Origin: Myxococcota bacterium
Lineage (GTDB): Bacteria; Myxococcota_A; UBA9160; SZUA-336
NCBI GenBank assembly: GCA_965247115.1
Contig: CBDFGR010000001.1
Span: forward strand, 32,001 to 96,000
DNA: 64,000 nt
Reading direction: 5' to 3'
Part shown: positions 14,693-35,860 of the stretch, piece by piece
How the letters are laid out: each line of letters opens with the position of its first letter
How positions within the stretch are numbered: position 1 is the first letter of the stretch
Notes under the pieces: model-generated
What the model was told of the DNA's origin: nothing
The model's input: only the letters and a program-made list of their open reading frames with translations
Database searches by the model: none
Made by a program: the position numbers and the translations under genes

Positions 14693-16414
14693 TTGGATTC
14701 GGAAGCTTGGTGGAGGTTGGAGCAACGCTTGGTGGCGCTGGCTCGCTCCGCAGGGCCATTGCGCGTGGCTCTGGCTGAGCTGTCTGCTTGGCTCGTCGAG
14801 AGAGAGGCGTGGCAGCCCCTGGGGTACGCGCGCCTGTCGGACTACGCGGACGAGGCGCTGGGGCGCTCGGCGAGATCGCTGCGGGACCTCGCGCGCGTCG
14901 GGCGAGAGCTCCCTTTCCAGCCGCTGCTGCACGCCGCGCTGGTCAGCGGGGAGCTCGGGTGGACCAAGGTCCGACTGCTCGCGCGAGTCTGTACGGCCGC
15001 GAATGAGGCGAGCTGGGTCGCGTACGCTCGCAGTCTGACGAGCGCGGCGCTCTCCCGCGCCGTGCGCAAGGTCGACACCGGCTCGCTCGAGGGCGATGGC
15101 TTCGAGCGGGATTGGAGTCGCAACCACTGGTTCGAGGTCGCCTGTACGTCTGAGGTGCGGCTGCGATGGCACCAGGCGAGGAACCTGGCGCAGCGCGTGC
15201 ACGGCGGCCGCGTCAGCTTTGGGCAGTGTGTGGAGATGGTCACTGCCGAGGTGATCTCTGCATTGCCGCCAGACGTCGATCCCGTGCCTCGTACTGGCAC
15301 CGATGCGGAGAACCGGGATGCTGAGATTGACGTCGGGGGCGATCCTGAAGTCACCGTTCCCCCTTTCCTCGATAGATCTCCTGTACCCCACGACGACACG
15401 GTGGAGTCGCTTCCTGCCGCGATCGAGGCGTTGCTCCGCGACGGCGACAACATCGACGCGAGGGAGCTCCATCGCCGCTTGCACAAGGCCATCGAGATGG
15501 AGCGGCAGCTCGACACTCGGATTGGCCCCTTGCTCGACCTGCTGATGCGACGGCGCATCTACTGGCTCATGGGGTACACGAATCGCGAGGCGTATGTGCG
15601 GGAGAGGCTTGGACTGGATCCCTCGTGGGGTCGGGCGCTCCTGAGAATCGAGCGCGCCGCGCGCGCGAGCCCGGCGTTCGCCGCGGCCTATCGACTCGGG
15701 CAGTTGAGCGCGCTCCAGGCGGCGACGCTGCTCCCCCTCGTGCTGGGCGAGCTCGACGAGCACAGGATGACGCCATGGATCGAGCGCGCCGGAGAGGTCT
15801 CTCTGCGGCAGCTCCGCGACGACGTCGATCTGGCGCTGCTGGTTCGAGAGACCGACCCCGCGAGGTGGTTTCGGAGCGGGGGACTTCCGGAGCAGGAGCC
15901 GGGCAGCGAAGAGGATCAACTCGACGACCGGGAAATCGGTGCGCCGCATAGTGGTCTGGAGGAGACGTGCAGCGTGGGCTGTCAACTCGAGCTGGACGCG
16001 ATTCGGTTGCTCCGGGTGTTGCTGTGTACGGTGCAGAGGCGCCTGGAGCCAGAGCTCGGGCGCCTCCCGACGCGCGGGGAGGCTCTCGGGGCGATGATCG
16101 AGCACGCGATGGCGGAGTGGGGCGGGGATGACGAGAGAGTTCCGCGCAGGTATCGGGTCTTCGCTCGGGACGGCTGGCGGTGTGTAATTCCGGGCTGCAC
16201 CTCCATGCGCAACCTTCACGATCACCACATCGAGTTTCGTTCCGCAGGGGGGAGTGACGAGCTCGAGAACCGAACCACGCTCTGTGCGTTCCACCACCTG
16301 CGGGGGGTGCACGCCGGGGTCGTCCGATTGACTGGGCGCGCGCCGGACCGGCTGCGCTTCGAGCTGCCGCTCGCGGTCTACGCATCGGGCGACCGGCTGC
16401 TTGCGACCCTCTAG
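14693..16414 (+). CDS. DUF222-like + HNH endonuclease domain protein
   Basis: RDGWRCVIPGC...HDHHIEFRSAGGSDELENRTTLCAFHH. Confidence 0.85.
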   Translation: MDSEAWWRLEQRLVALARSAGPLRVALAELSAWLVEREAWQPLGYARLSDYADEALGRSARSLRDLARVGRELPFQPLLHAALVSGELGWTKVRLLARVCTAANEASWVAYARSLTSAALSRAVRKVDTGSLEGDGFERDWSRNHWFEVACTSEVRLRWHQARNLAQRVHGGRVSFGQCVEMVTAEVISALPPDVDPVPRTGTDAENRDAEIDVGGDPEVTVPPFLDRSPVPHDDTVESLPAAIEALLRDGDNIDARELHRRLHKAIEMERQLDTRIGPLLDLLMRRRIYWLMGYTNREAYVRERLGLDPSWGRALLRIERAARASPAFAAAYRLGQLSALQAATLLPLVLGELDEHRMTPWIERAGEVSLRQLRDDVDLALLVRETDPARWFRSGGLPEQEPGSEEDQLDDREIGAPHSGLEETCSVGCQLELDAIRLLRVLLCTVQRRLEPELGRLPTRGEALGAMIEHAMAEWGGDDERVPRRYRVFARDGWRCVIPGCTSMRNLHDHHIEFRSAGGSDELENRTTLCAFHHLRGVHAGVVRLTGRAPDRLRFELPLAVYASGDRLLATL

Positions 16415-16442
16415 CGCTTGCGACCCTTTAGAGTAGGGGGGG

Positions 16443-17162
16443 ATGGTGACAATCGAAGGGGTTCGCCCGATCGTGGAGGCCATTCGGGCCGGGCGGCGCA
16501 GGGTTCTCGAGGTGACCCTGCCTGCGGCCGCCAAGCTATCGGAGCTCGAGGGGGTCCTGGCGGACGCCGGAATTCCCACCAGACCCGGCAAGCCTGGCGA
16601 GCCAGTCGTCGCGACCGCGGAGCCGTTTCCCGAGGAGGGCTTCGAAGAGCTCCTGATCGAGGATCGGCCTCGCTTCCTGGTGGCGCTGGACCGGGTTACC
16701 GATGTCGGGAATCTCGGATCGATCGCCCGCTCTGCCGAAGCTGCAGGGGTGATCGGCCTGGTTATGGAGCACCGGCGTGCTCCGCCCATCGGTCCCGGGG
16801 CGCTGCGGGCCAGCGCGGGGGCGATCGAGCATCTCAGGGTCGGGCGGACGCCGAACCTGCGCAAGGCTCTGGACCTGTGCAAGGCCGAGGGGCTGGCCGT
16901 GCTCGTGGCGGAGCCGGGGGGCCGCCCGATTGATGAGCTTCCGCCCAGTACACTCGCAGGCGAGCTCGTCTGGGTTTTCGGAAGCGAGGATCGCGGCACG
17001 CGCTCTGGAATCCGGGATCAGGCAACAGAACTGGTTGGAATTCCCCTCAGCGGGGCAGTTTCGTCCCTCAACGTCGCCTCGGCGGCGGCCTATCTGCTGC
17101 TACGCACCGCCGAATTTCGGTTGGCGACGACCGGAGGCGGGCCGACTCTTCTGGCGAACTGA
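16443..17162 (+). CDS. rlmB: 23S rRNA (Gm2251) methyltransferase, TrmH/SpoU family
   Basis: LDRVTDVGNLGSIARSA, FGSEDRG, SLNVASAA motifs. Confidence 0.8.
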   Translation: MVTIEGVRPIVEAIRAGRRRVLEVTLPAAAKLSELEGVLADAGIPTRPGKPGEPVVATAEPFPEEGFEELLIEDRPRFLVALDRVTDVGNLGSIARSAEAAGVIGLVMEHRRAPPIGPGALRASAGAIEHLRVGRTPNLRKALDLCKAEGLAVLVAEPGGRPIDELPPSTLAGELVWVFGSEDRGTRSGIRDQATELVGIPLSGAVSSLNVASAAAYLLLRTAEFRLATTGGGPTLLAN

Positions 17163-17189
17163 AATTCTCCTGATACAATCGGAGGTTGC

Positions 17190-17265
17190 GCTGGCGTAGC
17201 TCAATTGGCAGAGCAGCTGACTTGTAATCAGCAGGTTGGAGGTTCGAGTCCCCTCGCCAGCTCCA
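17190..17265 (+). tRNA. tRNA-Thr(TGT)
   Basis: Cloverleaf, loop CTTGTAA, CCA end; TGnTACAAT upstream. Confidence 0.95.
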
Positions 17266-17404
17266 CACCCGTGAGGTGAGGAGCGAGGGGACGGGACATA
17301 GCCTTACATATCCCCTTACATAGTATGGGACGATTCTCCCGGGCCTCGAGTTAGTGGGGGTGCTCGCAGGGGCTGGGTTTTTTTTACGCTTGGGTCGGGT
17401 CTCC

Positions 17405-17490
17405 GGAGAGGTACCGAAGTGGTCAAACGGGACAGGCTGTAAACCTGTTGGCTTCGGCCTTCGGAGGTTCGAATCCTCCCCTCTCCACCA
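17405..17490 (+). tRNA. tRNA-Tyr(GTA)
   Basis: Loop CTGTAAA, long variable arm, CCA. Confidence 0.95.
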
Positions 17491-17512
17491 TTCGATACGA
17501 AGGAGCGACGAC

Positions 17513-17589
17513 GCGGGAATAGCTCAGTTGGCTAGAGCACAAGCCTTCCAAGCTTGGGGTCGCGGGTTCGAGTCCCGTTTCCCGCTCCA
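17513..17589 (+). tRNA. tRNA-Gly(TCC)
   Basis: Loop CTTCCAA, CCA. Confidence 0.95.
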
Positions 17590-17599
17590 GGTTTGTTGG

Positions 17600-17675
<76 letters not shown>

Positions 17676-17742
17676 GCGCGTTGAGCAAAGAGGTACGACA
17701 AGCCCCCTAGGGCAATGGAATCTCCCTCTGGAGAAGGAATAG

Positions 17743-18933
<1,191 letters not shown>

Positions 18934-18958
18934 CCTCGTACGGCTCAGTACAAATCAC

Positions 18959-19035
18959 AGGTCAGTAGCTCAATTTGGTAGAGCAGCGGTCTCCAAAACC
19001 GCAGGTTGGGGGTTCAAGTCCCTCCTGGCCTGCCA
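18959..19035 (+). tRNA. tRNA-Trp(CCA)
   Basis: Loop CTCCAAA, CCA end, usual position before secE. Confidence 0.95.
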
Positions 19036-19075
19036 GATCCAGTGAAGTCGTTCGGAAGAGCGAGGAAGAGAGGAC

Positions 19076-19282
19076 GTGAGTAAGAACCCGATCGAGTGGG
19101 CCGATGAGTCGCGCGCCTTCCTCGGCGAGGTACAGGTCGAGTTCAAGAAGGTGACCTGGCCCTCGCAGAAGGAGACGGTCGCGGGCACGGTCGGCGTGAT
19201 CGTATTGGTCACGATCGTTGGGACAGCCCTGTTTCTGGTCGACTGGATGCTGTCGGCCAGCATGCAACTGATTTGGCCCTAG
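19076..19282 (+). CDS. secE: Preprotein translocase SecE
   Basis: EFKKVTWPS motif + TM. Confidence 0.95.
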   Translation: MSKNPIEWADESRAFLGEVQVEFKKVTWPSQKETVAGTVGVIVLVTIVGTALFLVDWMLSASMQLIWP

Positions 19283-19842
19283 AACCACCTCTCTCCCCCG
19301 ACACCGACGAGGTCGAAGTGGCAGCGTTTTGGTACGTGCTTCACACATATTCGGGCCAGGAGGCCCGAGCAAAGCAGGCGCTTCTCGAGAAGGCGCGAGC
19401 CTTCAATCGAGAAGACGCGATCAAGGAGGTCTTCATCCCGGAAGAGGATGTCGTCGAGGTCGTCAAGGGGCAGCGTCGCACGAGTAAGCGCAAGTTCTTG
19501 CCGGGCTATCTACTGGTGAAGATGGAGCTCGACGACGAGGTCTGGCACATCGTCAAGAACACCTCGAAGATCACGGGCTTCGTCAACCCCGGAGGGAGAC
19601 CGACGCCCGTTCCCGAGGCAGACGTCGAGCGCATGCTCGGGCAAACCAAGACCGAGAAGCCCACGCCCAAGATCAGTTTTGAAGAGGGAGAGGACGTTCG
19701 CGTGGTTCAAGGTCCCTTCTCGAATTTCTCGGGTCGGGTGAGCGAGGTTCGCCCCGAAAAAGAGCAGGTTCAGGTGATGGTGGCGGTGTTCGGTCGCTCG
19801 ACACCGCTCTGGCTCCCCTTCGAACACGTGGAAAAGGCCTGA
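19273..19842 (+). CDS. nusG: Transcription factor NusG (start uncertain)
   Basis: [30 protein letters not shown]. Confidence 0.95.
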   Translation: MALEPPLSPDTDEVEVAAFWYVLHTYSGQEARAKQALLEKARAFNREDAIKEVFIPEEDVVEVVKGQRRTSKRKFLPGYLLVKMELDDEVWHIVKNTSKITGFVNPGGRPTPVPEADVERMLGQTKTEKPTPKISFEEGEDVRVVQGPFSNFSGRVSEVRPEKEQVQVMVAVFGRSTPLWLPFEHVEKA

Positions 19843-19843
19843 C

Positions 19844-20269
19844 GTGGCAAAGAAGATCGTCGCGCTCATCAAGGTGCAGTGTCCTGCAGGTCAGGCGAAC
19901 CCTTCCCCCCCGGTGGGACCCGCGCTCGGCCAGCACGGCGTCAACATCATGGAGTTCTGCAAGGCGTTCAACGCGCGCACGCAGGACCAGCAGGGCCTGA
20001 TCATCCCCGCGGTGATCTCGGTCTACGCGGACAGGACATTCACCTTCATCACGAAGACCCCGCCCGCTGCCGTTCTGCTGAAGCGCGCAGCAAAGATCGC
20101 CAAGGGCTCCGGCGAGCCGAACAAAGAGAAGGTAGGCAGGGTCACGGCAGAGCAGGTCAAGGAGATCGCGGAGATCAAGATGCCTGACCTGAACGCGAAC
20201 GACGTCGCCGCGGCCATGAAGATCGTCGAGGGAACGGCGCGCTCCATGGGCATCGAAGTCGAGGGATAG
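19844..20269 (+). CDS. rplK: 50S ribosomal protein L11
   Basis: [15 protein letters not shown]. Confidence 0.98.
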   Translation: MAKKIVALIKVQCPAGQANPSPPVGPALGQHGVNIMEFCKAFNARTQDQQGLIIPAVISVYADRTFTFITKTPPAAVLLKRAAKIAKGSGEPNKEKVGRVTAEQVKEIAEIKMPDLNANDVAAAMKIVEGTARSMGIEVEG

Positions 20270-20271
20270 CA

Positions 20272-20973
20272 ATGGCACACGGCAAGAACTACCGAGCTTC
20301 CGCGGAGAAGATCGACGCCACCAGGAGCTACCCGCTCCAGGAGGGGATCGACCTGCTGCTCGAGACGAAGCAAGGGAAGTTCGACCAGACGGCCGAGGTC
20401 GCAATGAACCTCGGCGTCGATCCTCGCCACGCGGACCAGAACGTGCGCGGCGCGGTCGTCCTGCCCCACGGTACGGGCAAGACGGTCCGGCTCATCGTCT
20501 TTGCCAAGGGCGACAAGGAGACGGAGGCGAGCGCGGCCGGTGCGGACGAGGTCGGGGGTGAGGAGCTCGCGAAGCGCATCCAGGACGGCTGGCTCGAGTT
20601 CGACCGCGTGATCGCGACGCCGGATATGATGAGCGTGGTGGGTCGCCTGGGACGGGTCCTCGGCCCGCGCGGACTGATGCCGAATCCGAAGGTGGGAACG
20701 GTCACCTTCGACCTCGAGCGGGCGGTCTCCGAGCAGAAGTCCGGCAAGGTCGAGTTCCGCGTGGACAAGGCCGGCATCGTGCACGCGCCTTTCGGGAGGC
20801 TCTCGTTTTCCCGCGAGCAGCTCGCCGAGAACTTCCTCGCGATCGCCGACGTGGTGATGAAGGCGAAGCCCGCCGCCACGAAGGGTGCGTACGTGAAGAA
20901 GATCTCGATCTCTTCGACCATGGGCCCAGGAATCCTCATCGACTCCGCAGACATGCAGGCAGCGCTGCGCTAG
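20272..20973 (+). CDS. rplA: 50S ribosomal protein L1
   Basis: [15 protein letters not shown]. Confidence 0.98.
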   Translation: MAHGKNYRASAEKIDATRSYPLQEGIDLLLETKQGKFDQTAEVAMNLGVDPRHADQNVRGAVVLPHGTGKTVRLIVFAKGDKETEASAAGADEVGGEELAKRIQDGWLEFDRVIATPDMMSVVGRLGRVLGPRGLMPNPKVGTVTFDLERAVSEQKSGKVEFRVDKAGIVHAPFGRLSFSREQLAENFLAIADVVMKAKPAATKGAYVKKISISSTMGPGILIDSADMQAALR

Positions 20974-21001
20974 CAGCCAACAGCGGGAGGCAATCGGACA
21001 G

Positions 21002-21532
21002 GTGCAGACGCGACAGCAGAAAGAGGACGCGGTCAGCGTCCTCCGCGACAAGCTCCAGCAGGCCAACGCCGTGCTCGCCGTGGACTACCGTGGGCTCACG
21101 GTGGCGGAGGCGAACGATCTGCGTGCTCGCCTCCGCGGTGCCGGCGATGGCCAGATCGAGTACCGGGTGGCGAAGAACACGCTGCTTCGGCGGGCCACGG
21201 AGGGCACGGGGGTCGAGGGGCTCCACGCTTATCTGCTGGGCCCCACGGCTGTAGCGCTCGCTCCGGACGAGCCCTCGGCACTGGCCAAGGTGCTCGTGGA
21301 CTTTGCGAAGGAAAACGACAGGTTCGAGATCAAGGGCGGCGTCGTCGAGGGCGAGGTCGTGGACCGGGAGACAATCAACCAGCTGGCCGCGCTGCCCGGT
21401 AAAGAGCAGCTGCGCGCCATGCTGGCGGGCACGCTTCAGAGCCCGCTGCGGAACCTGGCCGGAACCCTTTCCGGGCTGCTGGGCCAGGTGCGCAATGCGC
21501 TCGAACGACGTCAAGAGCAACTGGAAACATGA
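21002..21532 (+). CDS. rplJ: 50S ribosomal protein L10
   Basis: DYRGLTV, VAKNTL. Confidence 0.97.
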   Translation: MQTRQQKEDAVSVLRDKLQQANAVLAVDYRGLTVAEANDLRARLRGAGDGQIEYRVAKNTLLRRATEGTGVEGLHAYLLGPTAVALAPDEPSALAKVLVDFAKENDRFEIKGGVVEGEVVDRETINQLAALPGKEQLRAMLAGTLQSPLRNLAGTLSGLLGQVRNALERRQEQLET

Positions 21533-21597
21533 ACCGAAGACCCCGTTCCGGCGCCATTGGGGCGCCTTGATCTGACCGGGGTAGGGAGGAAGGCAGC

Positions 21598-21972
21598 ATG
21601 GCAGCGGTAGAAGAGATCTTCTCGCAGATCAACGAGCTCAAGCCGATGGAAATCGCCGAGCTCATCAAGCGGATGGAAGACGAGTGGGGCGTGAGCGCCG
21701 CTCCGGCGGCGGTCGCGGTCGCAGCGCCTGGCGCGATGGGCGCCGAGGCCGAGGAGGAGAAGACGGAGTTCGACGTCATCCTCATCTCGCACGGCGAAAA
21801 GAAGATCCAGGTAATCAAAGAGGTGCGCGCGATCACTGGCCTCGGCCTCAAGGAGGCCAAGGAGCTGGTGGAGAGCGCGCCGAAGGCGGTCAAAGAGGCC
21901 GTCGACAAGGACGAGGCAGAGAAGGTCAAAGAGAAGATCGAGGCCGCCGGCGGGCAGGTCGAGGTCAAGTAG
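21598..21972 (+). CDS. rplL: 50S ribosomal protein L7/L12
   Basis: EEKTEFDV...[12 protein letters not shown]. Confidence 0.98.
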   Translation: MAAVEEIFSQINELKPMEIAELIKRMEDEWGVSAAPAAVAVAAPGAMGAEAEEEKTEFDVILISHGEKKIQVIKEVRAITGLGLKEAKELVESAPKAVKEAVDKDEAEKVKEKIEAAGGQVEVK

Positions 21973-21999
21973 CTCACATCCAACGACGCGGAGGACTGA

Positions 22000-26121
<4,122 letters not shown>

Positions 26122-26130
26122 GGGGGCAAC

Positions 26131-30312
<4,182 letters not shown>

Positions 30313-30327
30313 CTAGCCCCTGAGTTG

Positions 30328-30355
30328 TTGACTTGGGGTAGATTCCTGTTAGTAT
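30328..30355 (+). promoter_or_regulatory. str operon promoter
   Basis: TTGACT-N16-TAGTAT with extended TG. Confidence 0.6.
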
Positions 30356-30510
30356 CCGGGCCCTTTCGCGCGAGGGGCAGCCTGCGCGACGGGGTCCGTT
30401 CCAAAGCAATTTGTGTATTTCCCCCGGATCCACCGGACTGTCGCAGAGGGGGGTGAGACTCCCTACCTGGCCACAGTCGACGGGTCTGGATTCGTTCGTT
30501 TAGAGGTCGC

Positions 30511-30882
30511 ATGCCGACGATTCAGCAGCTGGTTCGCAAGGGTCGCAAGACCAAGAAGCGAAAGACGAAGGCTCCCGATCTGGCAGGCTGTCCCCAGAAG
30601 CGGGGCGTCTGCCTGCGTGTCTCGACCCAGACCCCGAAGAAGCCGAACTCTGCGCTACGCAAGGTGGCCCGCGTGCGGCTGTCCAACCAGCGCGAGGTCT
30701 GGGCCTACATTCCCGGCGAAGGCCACAACCTCCAGGAGCACTCGATGGTTCTGGTGCGGGGCGGCCGGATCAAGGATCTGCCCGGCGTCCGCTACCACGT
30801 AGTTCGAGGAACGCTCGATACGCTGGGCGTAGATGGTCGCAACAAGTCGCGTAGCCTCTACGGAACGAAGCGGCGCAAGTAA
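30511..30882 (+). CDS. rpsL: 30S ribosomal protein S12
   Basis: [17 protein letters not shown]. Confidence 0.99.
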   Translation: MPTIQQLVRKGRKTKKRKTKAPDLAGCPQKRGVCLRVSTQTPKKPNSALRKVARVRLSNQREVWAYIPGEGHNLQEHSMVLVRGGRIKDLPGVRYHVVRGTLDTLGVDGRNKSRSLYGTKRRK

Positions 30883-31352
30883 TGCCACGCCGCCGCGAGG
30901 TCCCGAAGCGCCGTATCACCCCCGATCCCAAGTACGGGGATCGGCAGGTGGCCAAGTTCATGAACGTGCTGATGAAGGCTGGCAAGAAGAGCGCGGCGGA
31001 ACGGATCGCCTATGGGGCGCTCGAGATCATCGGCGAGCGCACGGGCGATGAGCCGCTCCGAACGTTCCGGCGGGCCATGGATAACATCCGTCCCCGTCTC
31101 GAGGTGAAGAGCCGCCGCGTGGGTGGGGCCACCTACCAGGTGCCGCTGGAGGTGCGTCCCGATCGCGGAACCGCGCTTGCAATGCGCTGGGTCGCGCTCT
31201 ACGCACGCCAACGTTCCGGGAAGTCGATGAAGGAGAAGCTCGCCGCCGAGCTCTTGGACGCAGCCAACGAGCGGGGCGAGGCGGTTCGGCGGCGCGAGGA
31301 GATGCACCGGATGGCGGAGGCCAATAAGGCCTACGCCCATTACCGCTGGTAG
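30882..31352 (+). CDS. rpsG: 30S ribosomal protein S7
   Basis: [12 protein letters not shown]. Confidence 0.99.
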   Translation: MPRRREVPKRRITPDPKYGDRQVAKFMNVLMKAGKKSAAERIAYGALEIIGERTGDEPLRTFRRAMDNIRPRLEVKSRRVGGATYQVPLEVRPDRGTALAMRWVALYARQRSGKSMKEKLAAELLDAANERGEAVRRREEMHRMAEANKAYAHYRW

Positions 31353-31375
31353 GCGGGCATCGGTGAGCCTGGATC

Positions 31376-33442
31376 ATGGCACGGGACACGTCGCTTGAGC
31401 AGACCCGCAACATCGGCATCATGGCCCACATCGATGCCGGTAAGACGACGACGACCGAGAGGATCCTGTTCTACACGGGGATCACCTACAAGCTGGGCGA
31501 AGTCCACGAGGGCAGCGCCACCATGGACTGGATGGCGCAGGAGCAGGAGCGGGGCATCACGATCACCTCGGCTGCGACCACATGCGAATGGCGTGACCAC
31601 CGGGTCAACATCATCGACACTCCAGGTCACGTCGACTTCACCATCGAAGTAGAGCGATCGCTCAGAGTCCTGGACGGAGCGGTCGCTGTCTTTTGTGCGG
31701 TGGGCGGTGTGGAGCCGCAGTCCGAGACCGTCTGGCGCCAGGCCGACAAGTACGCCGTCCCGCGCATCGCGTTCGTGAACAAGATGGACCGGGTTGGCTC
31801 TGACTTTCTCGCAGTGACCAAGCAGATCGAAGAGCGCCTCGGTGCGAAGCCCCTGGTCCTACAGCTACCCGTTGGCTCGGAAGACGAGTTTCGCGGTGTG
31901 GTCGACCTCTTGACCGGGAAGGCGCTCATCTGGGACGAGGAGAGTCTTGGGGCGAATTTTCACGAGGAGGAGGTCCCCGAGCGGCTGGTGGAAGAGGTCG
32001 CGGCAGGCCGCGACAGGCTCTTCGACACGATCGCGGACTTCGACGAGGAAATCCTGGAGCGCTACCTGACCGGGCAGGAGGTTTCGGTGAGCGCGATCCG
32101 CAAGGTCATCCGCAAGGCAACGTCCGAGCTCGAGGTGGTGCCGGTCCTGTGCGGCTCGGCGTTCAAGAACAAGGGAGTCCAGCCGCTGCTCGACGCGGTG
32201 CTCGACTACCTCCCGTCGCCGCTGGACGTTCCTCCCATGGTCGGGACGAATCCGAAGGGCGAGAAGGTCGAGCGCCAACCGCGCAGGGACGATCCGCTCG
32301 CCGCTCTCGCGTTCAAGATCGTCACCGACCCCTACGTGGGGCTGCTGACCTTCGTCCGGGTCTATTCGGGCAGGATCGACGCGGGCTCGTACGTATTGAA
32401 CTCGACTGACGGCCGTCGCGAGCGCGTGGGCCGGATCATGCAGATGCACGCCAACAAGCGCGAGCAGATCGAGTCCGTCTCCGCCGGAAACATCGCGGCG
32501 ATCGTCGGTCTCAAGTCCGTCTCGACCGGTGACACGCTTTGCGACGAGCGAGACCCGGTCGTGCTCGAAGCGATCGAGTTCCCCGATCCCGTGATCGAGA
32601 TCGTTATCGAGCCCAAGACCAAGGTCGATCAGGAGAAGACCTTCGAGGCGCTGCACAAGCTGGCCGTCGAGGATCCGTCGTTTCGGGTCGTGACGAACCC
32701 CGAGACGGGGCAGACGCTGATCGCGGGACAGGGCGAGCTCCATCTCGAGATCATCGTCGACCGCCTGCTGCGCGAGTTTCAGGTCGTGGCGAACGTCGGC
32801 AAGCCGCAGGTCGCCTACAAGGAGACGATCTCTCGAGCGACCCGCGGCGTGGGACGCTTCGTCCGGCAGAGCGGCGGCAAGGGGCAGTTCGGGCACGTGG
32901 TACTCGAGCTCGAGCCGAACGAGTCCGGTGCGGGGATCGAGTTCGAGCAGAAGATCGTCGGTGGGGCGGTCCCAAAGGAGTACTTCAAGCCCGTCGAGCA
33001 GGGCGTGCGAGAGTCGCTGCAGACCGGCGTGCTCGGAGGGTTTCCCGTGGTCGACGTGCGGGTCAAGCTCGTCGACGGGTCGTACCACGAGGTGGACTCC
33101 TCGGAGATCGCCTTCAAGGTCGCGGGCTCCATGGGGGCCCGCGACGGGCTCACGAAGGGCAAGTCGCAGCTGCTCGAACCGATCATGGCGGTGGAGGTCG
33201 TAGTCCCGGAGCCCTACATGGGCGCCTGCATCGACGACTTGAACAGCCGCGAGGGCAAGGTTCGCGGCATGGAGGCGCGCGGCAACACACAGGTCATCCA
33301 GGCCGGCGCGCCGCTGCGGAACATGTTCGGGTACGTGAGTGCCCTGCGCTCTCTCACGCAGGGCCGCGCGACCTACACCATGCAGTTCGACCACTACGCG
33401 GTGGTACCCGCGGCGGTGGCGCAAGAGATCGTTCAACGGTAG
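31376..33442 (+). CDS. fusA: Elongation factor G
   Basis: [17 protein letters not shown]. Confidence 0.99.
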   Translation: MARDTSLEQTRNIGIMAHIDAGKTTTTERILFYTGITYKLGEVHEGSATMDWMAQEQERGITITSAATTCEWRDHRVNIIDTPGHVDFTIEVERSLRVLDGAVAVFCAVGGVEPQSETVWRQADKYAVPRIAFVNKMDRVGSDFLAVTKQIEERLGAKPLVLQLPVGSEDEFRGVVDLLTGKALIWDEESLGANFHEEEVPERLVEEVAAGRDRLFDTIADFDEEILERYLTGQEVSVSAIRKVIRKATSELEVVPVLCGSAFKNKGVQPLLDAVLDYLPSPLDVPPMVGTNPKGEKVERQPRRDDPLAALAFKIVTDPYVGLLTFVRVYSGRIDAGSYVLNSTDGRRERVGRIMQMHANKREQIESVSAGNIAAIVGLKSVSTGDTLCDERDPVVLEAIEFPDPVIEIVIEPKTKVDQEKTFEALHKLAVEDPSFRVVTNPETGQTLIAGQGELHLEIIVDRLLREFQVVANVGKPQVAYKETISRATRGVGRFVRQSGGKGQFGHVVLELEPNESGAGIEFEQKIVGGAVPKEYFKPVEQGVRESLQTGVLGGFPVVDVRVKLVDGSYHEVDSSEIAFKVAGSMGARDGLTKGKSQLLEPIMAVEVVVPEPYMGACIDDLNSREGKVRGMEARGNTQVIQAGAPLRNMFGYVSALRSLTQGRATYTMQFDHYAVVPAAVAQEIVQR

Positions 33443-33463
33443 CTCCCTCTGGAGAAGGAATAG

Positions 33464-34654
<1,191 letters not shown>

Positions 34655-34665
34655 CGGAGAAGACG

Positions 34666-34983
34666 ATGGCAGACCGCGGCACACCCAAGATTCGGATCCG
34701 GATGAAGGCCTTCGACAGCCAGCTGCTGGATATGAGCGTGTCCGAGATCCTGGACACCGCGGTGCGGACCGGATCGCGGACCGCGGGGCCGATTCCCCTC
34801 CCGACGTCGATTCAGAAATACACGGTCCTGCGCGGCCCGCACATCGACAAGAAGTCACGCGAGCAGTTCGAGATCCGCACGCACCGCCGGCTCGTCGACA
34901 TTCTCGATCCCACTCCGCAGACCGTCGATGCGCTCATGAAGCTCGAGCTGTCTGCCGGAGTTGATGTGGAGCTCAAGCTCTAA
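34666..34983 (+). CDS. rpsJ: 30S ribosomal protein S10
   Basis: [17 protein letters not shown]. Confidence 0.98.
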   Translation: MADRGTPKIRIRMKAFDSQLLDMSVSEILDTAVRTGSRTAGPIPLPTSIQKYTVLRGPHIDKKSREQFEIRTHRRLVDILDPTPQTVDALMKLELSAGVDVELKL

Positions 34984-34999
34984 CAAGAAGCATGTAACT

Positions 35000-35572
35000 A
35001 TGGACCTGGACAGCAAAATATTCGACGCGCCGGTTCGCACGGACCTCCTTCACGCGGTGGTCGTGGGACAGCTCGCCAAGCGGCGGAGCGGGACGGCTGC
35101 GACGAAGAACCGCTCTCTGGTGTCGGGAGGCGGCGCCAAGCCCTTCAAGCAGAAAGGAACGGGTCGCGCTCGACAGGGCTCGAGCCGGGTCTCGCAGATG
35201 TCGGGCGGCGGGGTCGTATTCGGTCCCCAACCGCGCGGCTTCGAGCAGAAGATCCCGAAGAAGGTGCGGGCGGCCGCGCTCCGCTCCGCCCTGTCGCTGC
35301 GCAAGCGCGATGAGCGGATCCGGGTGATCGACTCCATCGAACTGCCCGAGATCAAGACGCGGCTCCTGGCCGAGCAGCTTCGCGAGCTGGGTACCGAGGA
35401 TGCGTTGATCGTGACCAGGGAGCGCGACGCTCGACTGGAGCTCGCGGGGCGGAACCTGCCGAAGGTCAAGGTCCTCGCCGTTGCGGGACTGAACGTGAGA
35501 GACGTCCTGGCTCGCGAGCATCTCGTGTTGCTGCAGGACGCGCTCGAGGCAATCGTGGAGAGGCTTGGCTGA
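35000..35572 (+). CDS. rplD: 50S ribosomal protein L4, apparently N-terminally truncated
   Basis: KPFKQKGTGRARQGS; L4-like sequence (NKKHVTMDL) runs back into the rpsJ stop; first usable ATG at 35000. Confidence 0.92.
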   Translation: MDLDSKIFDAPVRTDLLHAVVVGQLAKRRSGTAATKNRSLVSGGGAKPFKQKGTGRARQGSSRVSQMSGGGVVFGPQPRGFEQKIPKKVRAAALRSALSLRKRDERIRVIDSIELPEIKTRLLAEQLRELGTEDALIVTRERDARLELAGRNLPKVKVLAVAGLNVRDVLAREHLVLLQDALEAIVERLG

Positions 35573-35859
35573 TGAACCCGCGGCAGGTCATTCAGAGGCC
35601 GATCATCACGGAGAAGAGCACGATCGAGCGTGAGACGCACAACATCGTAAGCTTCGCGGTCAGCACCCACGCGAACAAGCTCGAGATCAAGTCCGCCGTG
35701 GAGGAGCTCTTCGACGTGAAGGTCATCGACGTGCGCACGTCGCGGGTCCATGGCAAGACCCGCCGCATGGGCAAGCACGCTGGGAAGCGTCCGGACTGGA
35801 AGAAGGCTCGAGTGCAGCTCCGCGAGGGCGACAGCATCGAGTTCTTCGAAGGCGTCTGA
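35572..35859 (+). CDS. rplW: 50S ribosomal protein L23
   Basis: PIITEKS, WKKARV. Confidence 0.97.
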   Translation: MNPRQVIQRPIITEKSTIERETHNIVSFAVSTHANKLEIKSAVEELFDVKVIDVRTSRVHGKTRRMGKHAGKRPDWKKARVQLREGDSIEFFEGV

Positions 35860-35860
35860 A

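Noticed and set aside
14495..16999. 834-aa minus-strand ORF
   Set aside because: Shadow of the HNH and rlmB genes, low-complexity composition
34961..34999. ORF-track start for rplD inside rpsJ (MMWSSSS)
   Set aside because: Out-of-frame rpsJ sequence with no L4 similarity
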